From assembly GCA_965222115.1 (NCBI GenBank), contig CBDCTJ010000007.1, forward strand, positions 1,664,001 through 1,728,000: a stretch of DNA of 64,000 nucleotides, in the 5' to 3' direction. Below the pieces are notes generated by a model. The model saw only the letters and a program-made list of their open reading frames with translations, searched no databases and was not told the origin of the DNA. Position 1 is the stretch's first letter. Every line of letters starts with the position of its first letter. Below are positions 21,444 through 30,508 of the stretch, in pieces. Source of the DNA: Planctomycetota bacterium. GTDB taxonomy: Bacteria; Planctomycetota; PLA2; JAEUHO01. The translations under genes were made by a program, and so were the position numbers.

Positions 21444-24005
21444 CTACTCGGGCGTCCAGTGATCCACCGCCATGTCGAGCACATAAAGTGCGTCTTTGAG
21501 CCTGAGCACGCCTTCGACTTCGTCTTCTGAGAACTGGAGTGCTGGGTGGCGCTTGAGTTCCGGGTGACGCTTAAGTTCTCTGCGTTCAAACCGCATGCGC
21601 TTTGCTAGGCCATCGAAGAACTCGGGGTATAGATTGCGAAAGCGAAGGCGCACGCGGACTCGACGACCGTCGCGAAGATCGCCGCCGATTCTGACCGGGA
21701 TTTGATAGCGACCGACATTGCCAGGCAGGAGCGGCTCTACACGGTCGGGGAATCCCGCCTCAACGGCCTTCTTGCCTTTGAGAACCGCCGCAACTTCATT
21801 CTGAATCACGGGCTCAAGTTCACCCGATTCATCGCCTTGCGGGCCCGCGAACAACACCGCTTGCAAGTTCTTAAGTCGCCCGGCGGCGCCTTCCTCCTGT
21901 TTGCGAAGTGACTCGGCCCCTTGAACCGGCCCGCCGTGTCGATTGCCGCCGGCCAAAATCTTGAATGCACCGCTGCCGGGCTCGGTCTCGATCGCCACCT
22001 CAAGCCACATTTCACGTGCGAATGCGAAGCCCGCCGGAAGTTTATGACCCGTCGCCAAGTTGATGATCTCCACGTTGACGACATGCTTGTCGCCCTCAGT
22101 GCCATTGGCATCTTTCTTGACGTCTACGACACGTACAGCCGCGGCAATCTTCATTAAGTTGGTTGTCAGTCGCTTCATCTCCTCGCGAATGCGTCTGTTT
22201 TCATCGTGCCGTGGGTGGCCCGCAGGCCACGGACGATCATGGGTCAATGGATAATCAACGCCGACAAACGTGTGGAGGTGTTTTCGGCGTGGAATGAGAG
22301 GCGCATCAAATTGTTCGCCCTCCGGTTCATTGGCCGCGTGAGGATCGCCTTCGCTTTCGTCGATTAGCGTGTCTACATTCTGTAGCACAAGTGCTTTCAC
22401 CCGCTCGAAGCGTTCGCGCAACGGCATGCGTGCGGCCTGCATCTTCTCGACTTCCACTACGATGGGGCTGAGTTCTCGCCCATGACAATCAAGGCAGCGA
22501 ACGCTAACTTCGCCTTGAGACGTCTTTACCTTCGCCCATGTAAAGAGCGGTTGGCCATTCTGATTCTTCTTATTGCCGTCCTGCCATTCTCGGAAAGTGT
22601 CTTGCAATGTGATGCGCTTAGGAAATTTTGGATTTTCCTCACTAGGTACGTGTGGGATGTCGGCGGCCACGGTATGGCAACTGGCGCAAAAATGATCGGT
22701 GTCGAAGTGCGCTCCGTAACGTCCTTCGTGAAAGCTGTTTCCCACCGAAGGCATCTCACCGTCGGCGCCGAAGGGTCCATACATGCCGCGTCCGGGTCGC
22801 AGCGTGATGTTCTCAATGTTTCGGAGTCGAATTTCGCCGCCCTTGCTCGCCTTCCCGGCGGGATCCGCGTGTTCCGAAATGGAGTCGATCTGATGGCACG
22901 TCGTGCAACTCACACCACCGCGTCCGGCGGGGGCGCGATCTTCAAACAGCGCCAGCGGGTGCTCCACATCATCCAAGAGTTCCGTGTGGGCACCGGTAGG
23001 CGAGTGGCAGCGCACACAAAGATCCCCGACAATGGGTTTGGTGTACTTGCCGTCCGCGAGATCGCGATACTCCTTACTCATGACCAAGCGCGTTTGAATA
23101 TCCACCGTGGGCGCCGACTGTGCCATGGAGTGCATCGAGGCTTCCCACTCCTCAAATTGTGCCTTATGGCAGGGCAAGCAACTCATGGGATCGTGAAAGT
23201 CGTGCGGCGTGGGTTTGTTGAATGCGTAGTGGGCTTCCGTGGAATCCCATATATGAAAGCCCATAGCCGCCGTGAACAGAATGGCAATCGGTACGTGAAG
23301 CCAAATCCATACGCGCAGCAGAGCCTTGTACTTTCGTTGTTTCACTATGCGCGAATCGAGCACGTGCAACTCAGCCACACGTTCCTTGATCGTATTCCAC
23401 GCTTCCTCTTCGCCGGGCGGTACGGCGCCTACAGGTGCCTTCTTGTTCGCCAAGAGCGTTTTGGTTCGTGCAAGTAGTTCTTCACTTCGTCCCGCCTGCA
23501 ACTCCACCAACTCGCGTTCGATGTCGGCGCGGCGGTTTTCGCTGAACTCAACCGCCAAGTTGCCCACCGCGGGTTGAGAAACCAACGGCGGAATACTCAA
23601 ATAGAACCCGTAACCCACCAAGCCCGTAATGACCGTTGCCAGAAGCAAAATGAGCGTGAGTGCACCGAGCGTGTTGTCGAAGTGAAAGCCCGCGTGCAGA
23701 AGGATGAGCCAGGTGGCGGCCAAGCTAATCCATACGTGAAGTCGCAGCCACGTTTGAAGGCGCCCGGGCAAGTATTCCTGCCCCCAACGTTTGCGCCACG
23801 TGTAGAGGAAGGCGAACAGTAGTCCGATGCCACCCGCAATGCCCGTAATCCATCCAAAGAGCGTGTAGCCGCGTGCGGGTTGCGGGTGCTCGCCGCCCGT
23901 GAGATTGCGATAGAGGAAGTAGAGCAGCACACTGCCCGTGCCCACGAGAGTAAAGCTCAGCAGATGAAAATGCCGCGCGCGTTTGGGTCGTGCGTACTTG
24001 GCCAT
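21444..24005 (-). CDS. membrane protein with His-bearing TM helices fused to a pentaheme c-type cytochrome
   Basis: Five TM segments with His pairs (WLRLHVW...LLHAGF; WLHVP...GFHIW) and five CxxCH motifs (CLPCH, CVRCH, CTTCH, CASCH, CLDCH). NLATGHKLPAG is typical of multiheme C-domains. Start MAKYAR at 24005, 2 nt after the upstream stop. Confidence 0.85.
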   Translation of the reverse strand: MAKYARPKRARHFHLLSFTLVGTGSVLLYFLYRNLTGGEHPQPARGYTLFGWITGIAGGIGLLFAFLYTWRKRWGQEYLPGRLQTWLRLHVWISLAATWLILLHAGFHFDNTLGALTLILLLATVITGLVGYGFYLSIPPLVSQPAVGNLAVEFSENRRADIERELVELQAGRSEELLARTKTLLANKKAPVGAVPPGEEEAWNTIKERVAELHVLDSRIVKQRKYKALLRVWIWLHVPIAILFTAAMGFHIWDSTEAHYAFNKPTPHDFHDPMSCLPCHKAQFEEWEASMHSMAQSAPTVDIQTRLVMSKEYRDLADGKYTKPIVGDLCVRCHSPTGAHTELLDDVEHPLALFEDRAPAGRGGVSCTTCHQIDSISEHADPAGKASKGGEIRLRNIENITLRPGRGMYGPFGADGEMPSVGNSFHEGRYGAHFDTDHFCASCHTVAADIPHVPSEENPKFPKRITLQDTFREWQDGNKKNQNGQPLFTWAKVKTSQGEVSVRCLDCHGRELSPIVVEVEKMQAARMPLRERFERVKALVLQNVDTLIDESEGDPHAANEPEGEQFDAPLIPRRKHLHTFVGVDYPLTHDRPWPAGHPRHDENRRIREEMKRLTTNLMKIAAAVRVVDVKKDANGTEGDKHVVNVEIINLATGHKLPAGFAFAREMWLEVAIETEPGSGAFKILAGGNRHGGPVQGAESLRKQEEGAAGRLKNLQAVLFAGPQGDESGELEPVIQNEVAAVLKGKKAVEAGFPDRVEPLLPGNVGRYQIPVRIGGDLRDGRRVRVRLRFRNLYPEFFDGLAKRMRFERRELKRHPELKRHPALQFSEDEVEGVLRLKDALYVLDMAVDHWTPE

Positions 24006-24007
24006 GG

Positions 24008-27000
24008 CTAGCTTTCCCTCCCCATTCCGAAAAGCACAACCGGATCGTCGCGCCGCGCCGCCCCCGTTGGGCATGACCGCACGCAGGCGGGCCCATTGTT
24101 GTAGTCTGCGCAGAGATCGCACTTGACGGCCACGCGCTCGTGATCGTCAAGCGTAACCTTTCCATCATCGCCGATATTGAGCACGCGCTGGAGGGGCTTC
24201 GGTACGAGCCGTTCCAGCAGCGATCGCGAGCGCGGCTTGCGCGCGTACATGAAGATGTTGTCATACGGACAACGCGTTGCGCATCCACCGCAGCCCACGC
24301 AGTTGTCCTCGATGATTCGGATTTCGCCCGTGGGCTCGCGCACAATACCATCGACCGAACAGAACAAGCACATGGGGTCCACGCAGTGGTAACACGAAGC
24401 GGGCACCTGAAACGGACCCTGTTGCAATCCCACATTACTTCGCTCAAGGCGCGGCACGCCATGACGTCGTTCGCAGGCATCCACACAGTTGTTGCAATCG
24501 GTGCAGAGACGCGTGTCGATCACCAGCAGGTCTTTGGCTTGCAACAAACCGGTGCCGCCCGCGTGGCTAAACGAGCCACTTGCGTCGGCCGCATGAGACA
24601 CCGGGGCGCTGGCATCGGGCAACAACGCGTTTAGCAGTCCTGGGAACTTCGAATCGAGACGCGCAATGCGATCGCGTCGAATCGTGTAGACCTCCACGCG
24701 CGTGGCCGCTTCATAGCGCAACAGATCATTGCCACGCGTGCCGGCATCCGGCCCCCCAAATACATCGCCGGGTTTGAGGTAGTTGGCGATGCGTTCGCCA
24801 TCTCGCCATGCGCGTTTTTCTCGCACGTACCCGCGATGCAGTACCGCGAACGTATTGGGTGCCTCAATGGCCTGCAACACGACGCGATCAATGGCGTAGC
24901 GCTCTGCTTGCAGTTCACGGCGCAGGTGTTTGCGTGCACCCTTGGGTAGCCGCAGTTGCCGTTCCAGGCGGCCCAAGATGTGGTCAAGTGAACGGCTTAC
25001 GTAAAGCCCTTCAAGCTGTGCTTGAAAGCCCGGATGATGTTGCTTAATGGACTCAAGGCCGTACTTCGTGAGGCCCAGCACCAGCGTGCGATCACTGGCG
25101 CGCGCGGTCACATCCGAAGCGCGGTCGCTGAGCACTGCGACTTCCGCTACGGTCTGGCCCGGGCCCAGATCCACAAGGCGATGAAACGCATCGTGTGTGG
25201 TTTGCATGCCCACTTGCAGTTCGCCCTGAAGGATGATCCACATGGCGTCTGCGTACTCGCCCTCACGGACCAGCACCTCGCGCTTCCGCAACTGACGACA
25301 ACGTGCAGACGAAGCAAGCAGTAGTAGGCTTGCACGCGGTAGCTTCTTGAACACTGGATGTTTCTGAAGCGTGTCGGCGGCGCGGCCCAAGGTGAGCGTA
25401 CTCGCCATTTGCTTACGCCCGACTTGGAGCGTTAGCACGTCGCCCTCATCGGGTACTTGCTTGAGTTTGTTCCACAAAACAATGCGGCTGCGTCGAATAT
25501 CGGCGGGACACACCGGCACGCAGGCGTGGCACTGGGTGCAGTCACGTACGAAGCGCCTGACTACATCTTGATCGCCGCCAATGCCACCGGCATAGGCATT
25601 GAGCGCCGCGATGGTTACTTCATTGGCATCCGGGAGGGGGCACGCCCGCATACATTCGTGACACCCAATGCACGAATCGAGTTCATCGCGCACGGCAGCG
25701 CCGAGGTCGGCGTCCAGCGGGTTATGACTTGCGGCATCATCTACCACAAAGCGGTTGGCACTGAGCGCCTTGACTGTGCGCGTCGCTGCACCCGAAGGCT
25801 TGTCGGCTTCGAACCGACATACGTTGTCTTGAAATTGAAGCACGTCGCCGTCGTCGAGTCGGGCCGTTTTGTCCTTTGGAATGCGCTTACCGTTCAAACC
25901 CGTGCCGGCAGAACTGTGGTTGGTGATCGTGTATCGATTTTGCTTGCGGCGAATGGTTGCGTGAACCCCGCTGACGGTTTGCAGGGGGAGGACCACGGAG
26001 CAGTCAGCCGTTCGACGGCCAATCACCCAAGGCCCGCGCCCGGTGAGTCGTATGGAACCGAGTTTCTTCTTGATCGATTCACTCAAAGGGACGAGTTGGC
26101 GCTTGGGTTCGCGCGCGCCTTTGAGGTGTTGCGATATCGCGCCTACGCCGGCGCCACGGCGCGCCGTGAGCTCGCACGATCCGGCCTTGACAATGTCACC
26201 ATCGGACAACGTGTAGGTCTGGTAGGGTTCAACCGCCACGCCATTGATGGTTGTCCCGGCCGAACTTTTTTGATCAATCAGTCCGTAGATATTTCCCTTT
26301 CGTCGCAACAAGAAATGAGCCTTGGATACATCCCGCGCGTGCAGCACGACATCATTGGTGGGGCTCCGCCCGGCTCGGACCTCGTCATCCAAAAGTGCAT
26401 ACTTGGCCGGATCGCCGGATTGGGCTTCTTCGAATCGCCACCCCAAGAACCCTGTGGCGACCGTCTCCTGGGCGGCAACATTGTCTTCCACGGCGTCGGC
26501 TTCGACGAAATCGACGTCGTCGGGATCTTCGAGTGCAACGCGAAATTTGTTATGCCCGAGTCGTAGCTCTTGACCCTCAACTAGTCGTTCTGGCTCGTTG
26601 GGCGCAAGACGGCGTCCATCCAACTTGGTCCCATTTTGGCTGCCGAGATCGATGAGTTTGACGACGGGAATGATGCCGTCCACCCGCGCATGAAGGCGCG
26701 ATAGCAAAGGATCATTGATCTGTGCATCGGCCTTGAGCCCGCGACCAATTATGCCGGGTACTGGGACGGCAACGGCGCTCCCCTTGAGAGGCCCGCTCGT
26801 ACCTACAAGATAAAGAAATCCTAAGTCGCTAGCACCGACCGTAGCGGTGGCGGCGTGTCGATCGGCGTGCTCGGGACGCACACCACCGCTTGAGAACACA
26901 AAGGAGGCGTCACCCAGCGTAATCTTGTCGTCGGCATCGAGGCGACAGTGTCCTGTGAGTTTGTTGCTACCGACCTTTGTCTTGCCGTGGCCGCCGCAGT

Positions 27001-28948
27001 CAACGAGGTAGTACGTGCGAGGGGTTCCCCGCGCTTGGATCTGTGCGTGAAAGCGCTCAATGCCGGGATCGTTGAGCACAATGTCATTATCGGGGTCCGC
27101 CCCAATTGTCGTTGTTCCCCGGCCAACGTCATGGGGCGTACCGTCGATGGCATTTACGAGTTGATAGCTCGGTTCGGGTTTCGCTGGTGCCTCGTCGATT
27201 TCGCTCGCGCGCTTGAGTCCCACGAGGATCTTCTGCCGGCCCAACTGAATGACGTCACCGTCCGACAAGATGCCCAATCCACCCAATGGACGACCGTTGA
27301 TAAGCGCCGTGCCCGCGGCTCGCTTGGCGCGCGTGCAAAACCACGCCATGCCTTCGCGCTTAATCAGCAGCCGGTCTACTTCCCGTGCTTCCGGAATGGC
27401 AATGTCACTCGACCCTTTGGGCCCCAAGCGCACCGGTCCTTTGTCAACCGTGTGTGTTTGATCGCCAATCATGAGCTTCAGCGGCGGTGGGGGCAGCGAG
27501 CCGAAGTGTTCCGTTTGGCCCTCCACGGCCTGAGCGCAGTCGCGCTGCGAAACGACATTCGTTGCTTGCGCCATGGCTTGGGGTTTGGCGGCAACCGCCA
27601 TCATGGCGCCTTCGTCATCAAAGCGACGCACGCCATCGGCTTCTTCTTGTGCGGCAATCCATCGAAAGAGATCAAAGTCGGGCTCAAAGAGTCGTTCGGC
27701 AACTGCCTTGACGTTAGCCGCTTCACCACGCAGGTTCATGAGGCGGCGCAACGCCATACCCTCGCGTCGATCGCCGAGCAACATGGCGCCGACGAGTTGT
27801 CCCTTGTGTAGCAGCGCACGTTTGTAGATGGGTCGGCCGCCGTGCCGGTCGCGGTACACAACCGACTCGCATTCATCATCGGGATAGCGCTTGCCGGGAT
27901 CGTGGACCGATGTGCCGACCGTGCCTAGATCAAGATCCCACGCGCGCGTGCCATTGTAGATGGGGCCCGGTCGATATTCGATGGGCGTATCGCCGTCTTC
28001 GCGCGCCATATTAAGACCCGCGATACGACCCTGTCGAACAGCGGGCTGCCAAAGACCCCCCGGATTGTCAAAGGGGAGACTCGCTTCGCGAAAGTGCACG
28101 ATGTCACCCGCGGCATACACGTTTTCCATACCGCCGAGTTGCATCTGTCGATTGACGGTTAGATAGCCGCGTTCCGGCGTGACGGGCGAATCGGCCAACC
28201 ACTCGGTGTTTGGAAGAATGCCGATCGACGTGATGACCAGCGAACACTCAATGAACTCCCCCGACTTGAGTCGCACACCTTTGATACCGCGCCGCGAGCC
28301 TTCGATCTCTTCGGTTTCGGCAGAGAGAAACACACCCACGCCGTCGGCCTGCATGCGCGCGCGAATCAAGTCCCCGGCCGTTTGATCCACGACGCGTTCT
28401 AGCAACCAATCGCCACGATGAACCAACGAGACATCAACATTGCGTGCGTGGAGTCCCTGCGCCGCTTCAATGCCAAGTATGCCGCCGCCGATAACAACGG
28501 CTTTCTTGGCACGCGATGCCCGATCGACAATTTCACGTGTGTCTTGCATCGTGCGCATGGCCATGACACCCGGCAAGTCAGCGCCCTTCACCGCATACTT
28601 TCCCGTAGGTTCGAGTCGTCGCGCGCGCGCACCCGTTGCAATCAACAGGCGGTCGTACTGCATCGCGCCACCGTCATGAAGTTTGAGTTCGTTGGTCTCC
28701 GGGCGAATGCCCGTTGCCCGATCCACGATGCGCTCAAGCCGAAGCGATTCCCACTGCTCCGGGTGAAGCGACCAAAGTTCCTCTTCTTGAATCTCACCCA
28801 TCAAGTAGTTCGTAAGGGCCGCGCGATAGTAGTAGGGCTGCGGGTCGGCCGACACGATGGTGATGCGATCGGAGGGTCGCGTGCCACGTAGCGCTTGGGC
28901 AGCGGACATGCCTGCAGCGCCGTCCCCAACAATGACACATCGACGCAT
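24008..28948 (-). CDS. multidomain FAD/NAD(P)H oxidoreductase - 5x FHA - 2[4Fe-4S] - 2x cNMP-binding - 4-cluster ferredoxin fusion
   Basis: GDGAAG, LLIATG, GGGILGIE and AAGD mark the flavoprotein. Five FHA-like units follow, then CIGCHECMRACP and CTQCHACVPVCP, two CAP-like folds, and CTDCNNCVDAC, CYHCVDPMCLFC, CVGCGGCATRCP, CDLC...ACVRSCP. Confidence 0.88.
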   Translation of the reverse strand: MRRCVIVGDGAAGMSAAQALRGTRPSDRITIVSADPQPYYYRAALTNYLMGEIQEEELWSLHPEQWESLRLERIVDRATGIRPETNELKLHDGGAMQYDRLLIATGARARRLEPTGKYAVKGADLPGVMAMRTMQDTREIVDRASRAKKAVVIGGGILGIEAAQGLHARNVDVSLVHRGDWLLERVVDQTAGDLIRARMQADGVGVFLSAETEEIEGSRRGIKGVRLKSGEFIECSLVITSIGILPNTEWLADSPVTPERGYLTVNRQMQLGGMENVYAAGDIVHFREASLPFDNPGGLWQPAVRQGRIAGLNMAREDGDTPIEYRPGPIYNGTRAWDLDLGTVGTSVHDPGKRYPDDECESVVYRDRHGGRPIYKRALLHKGQLVGAMLLGDRREGMALRRLMNLRGEAANVKAVAERLFEPDFDLFRWIAAQEEADGVRRFDDEGAMMAVAAKPQAMAQATNVVSQRDCAQAVEGQTEHFGSLPPPPLKLMIGDQTHTVDKGPVRLGPKGSSDIAIPEAREVDRLLIKREGMAWFCTRAKRAAGTALINGRPLGGLGILSDGDVIQLGRQKILVGLKRASEIDEAPAKPEPSYQLVNAIDGTPHDVGRGTTTIGADPDNDIVLNDPGIERFHAQIQARGTPRTYYLVDCGGHGKTKVGSNKLTGHCRLDADDKITLGDASFVFSSGGVRPEHADRHAATATVGASDLGFLYLVGTSGPLKGSAVAVPVPGIIGRGLKADAQINDPLLSRLHARVDGIIPVVKLIDLGSQNGTKLDGRRLAPNEPERLVEGQELRLGHNKFRVALEDPDDVDFVEADAVEDNVAAQETVATGFLGWRFEEAQSGDPAKYALLDDEVRAGRSPTNDVVLHARDVSKAHFLLRRKGNIYGLIDQKSSAGTTINGVAVEPYQTYTLSDGDIVKAGSCELTARRGAGVGAISQHLKGAREPKRQLVPLSESIKKKLGSIRLTGRGPWVIGRRTADCSVVLPLQTVSGVHATIRRKQNRYTITNHSSAGTGLNGKRIPKDKTARLDDGDVLQFQDNVCRFEADKPSGAATRTVKALSANRFVVDDAASHNPLDADLGAAVRDELDSCIGCHECMRACPLPDANEVTIAALNAYAGGIGGDQDVVRRFVRDCTQCHACVPVCPADIRRSRIVLWNKLKQVPDEGDVLTLQVGRKQMASTLTLGRAADTLQKHPVFKKLPRASLLLLASSARCRQLRKREVLVREGEYADAMWIILQGELQVGMQTTHDAFHRLVDLGPGQTVAEVAVLSDRASDVTARASDRTLVLGLTKYGLESIKQHHPGFQAQLEGLYVSRSLDHILGRLERQLRLPKGARKHLRRELQAERYAIDRVVLQAIEAPNTFAVLHRGYVREKRAWRDGERIANYLKPGDVFGGPDAGTRGNDLLRYEAATRVEVYTIRRDRIARLDSKFPGLLNALLPDASAPVSHAADASGSFSHAGGTGLLQAKDLLVIDTRLCTDCNNCVDACERRHGVPRLERSNVGLQQGPFQVPASCYHCVDPMCLFCSVDGIVREPTGEIRIIEDNCVGCGGCATRCPYDNIFMYARKPRSRSLLERLVPKPLQRVLNIGDDGKVTLDDHERVAVKCDLCADYNNGPACVRSCPTGAARRDDPVVLFGMGRES

Positions 28949-29115
28949 CTCTTGGTCTCCGGTTTGACGCCTTCACTCCGGTAGGCGCGAATGGCGAAGA
29001 ACCCGCGCCGAGAAGGCCTGCTGCGCCCTTCGCCCGTTTCCTTCGCGCCGGTATGCTACGCGCGCCCGGTTTCCGCGTCCACCCTGTCGTCAACTTGCCG
29101 GTATTGAGGTCAAAC

Positions 29116-30495
29116 GTGCCGTTCGAACTTGTCCTGGAATGCAAGCGTGGACCCAATCAAGGAACGTCGTTCGCGTTTCGCCTCGATGATGAAGTCACGT
29201 TTGGACGCGACGGCGACGCCGACAAGAGCGGTACTCGACCCACCGATCCCGGCATGCATCGTCGGCATGTGGTGTTCTCCCTGTACGGCGGCGAGATTCG
29301 CATGAAGGCCATTCAGGGCGCCAAGAGTCTGCTTGTAAACGGTCGCCCGGCTCGCAAGGCCACACTTGTGAGTGGCGATCGTTTGGTGATCGGTCGCTCC
29401 CATTTGCTCGTTCACCTCACTGAACTGCCTGGAAGCCAAGTTGAGCCCGATCCGAAGGCGGAGCCAGGGGAACCATCCAGCGTGTCCGCTCCGGTAGCTC
29501 CGCCTCCAGACGTATCGCCTCCAGCACCAGCAGCCAGTTCACCTCCTGTGACCTCTCCGCCAACAGCGCCGCCCCGAGTGGCCGAAACACCTCCACCGTC
29601 AAGCACCGGTAGTTTTCAAAGTATCGAAGAACGTCGGCTCGATGATCTGCATCTCGGCGACCAAGTCGGTGTTGGTGCGATGGGACGTGTATTCGAAGCG
29701 TGGGATCCCGACACCAACGAGAAGTTATGCGTCAAGACCATTCGCGCAGCGGGGCCGCGCGCCACCAAAGCCGTTGACATGTTTTGGCGGGAGATCAATC
29801 TGCTTGCGGGCATGGATCATCCCAACATCATTCGCTTTCTTTATGCCGGTGGAGGACGCGCCCAACAGTTCTACGCCATGGAGTGGATTGATGGCCACAC
29901 GCTTGAGCATGAGATCACTACAGGTGGACCACTAAGCCAAACTCAAGCGTGTGCACTTGCGCGACAACTACTCTCGGCGCTGTCCTATGCCCACGCCAAA
30001 GCGACCATTCATCGCGACATCAATCCCCGCAACATCATGCTGCGCGGTCCGCGCGACGCTGCCTTGGCCACACTCATCGACTTCGGGCTTGGCAAGCGCC
30101 TCAAAGGCGAGAGCGGCGGCAGCAACACCATCACCGAGACAGGCGAAATGCGTGGCTCACTGGGCTTTGCTTCCAAGGAGTGCCTGCTCGATGCCAAGCG
30201 CGCCGTGCCCGCAAGCGACCTCTTCAGCGTGTCTGCCACGCTCTACTATGCCTTATCCGGCAAGACCTATTTCCCCGAACGCAAAGACAACCTAAGCATC
30301 TACCAACTCATCGGCGGCGAACACGTCGTCCCTCTAAGCGAACGCGGCATCGACATTCACCCCGCCTTCGAGGCCTGGATCGAACAAGGCCTCGCCACCG
30401 ACCCCTACGCCCGCTGGCCCACCGCCGACGACATGCTGACGGCGTTGCTGCGCGTGGAGTCGGAGATGTTGTTGGCGGGGTTGGAAGAAGACTGA
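29116..30495 (+). CDS. FHA-domain Ser/Thr kinase with Pro-rich linker (atypical motifs)
   Basis: FHA (GPNQG...FGRDG...LVNG...LVSGDRLVIG), a Pro-rich linker, then GVGAMG, CVK, HRDINPRN, DFG and SKE in place of APE. GAGG precedes GTG 29116. Confidence 0.85.
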   Translation: MPFELVLECKRGPNQGTSFAFRLDDEVTFGRDGDADKSGTRPTDPGMHRRHVVFSLYGGEIRMKAIQGAKSLLVNGRPARKATLVSGDRLVIGRSHLLVHLTELPGSQVEPDPKAEPGEPSSVSAPVAPPPDVSPPAPAASSPPVTSPPTAPPRVAETPPPSSTGSFQSIEERRLDDLHLGDQVGVGAMGRVFEAWDPDTNEKLCVKTIRAAGPRATKAVDMFWREINLLAGMDHPNIIRFLYAGGGRAQQFYAMEWIDGHTLEHEITTGGPLSQTQACALARQLLSALSYAHAKATIHRDINPRNIMLRGPRDAALATLIDFGLGKRLKGESGGSNTITETGEMRGSLGFASKECLLDAKRAVPASDLFSVSATLYYALSGKTYFPERKDNLSIYQLIGGEHVVPLSERGIDIHPAFEAWIEQGLATDPYARWPTADDMLTALLRVESEMLLAGLEED

Positions 30496-30508
30496 CAAAC
30501 GTACGCGA

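Noticed and set aside
13601-24122. Extended ORF-track starts for guaA (13601), orn (18482) and the cytochrome (24122)
   Set aside because: The extensions overlap neighbouring genes, and family homology or coupling points to 13712, 18239 and 24005.
25500-25680. CIGCH and CTQCH as heme c sites
   Set aside because: Both belong to CxxCxxCxxxCP ferredoxin motifs in a protein with no export signal.
27600-28948. Calling the fusion nirB (nitrite reductase)
   Set aside because: Only the flavoprotein module is similar. No BFD-like [2Fe-2S] or siroheme domain is present.
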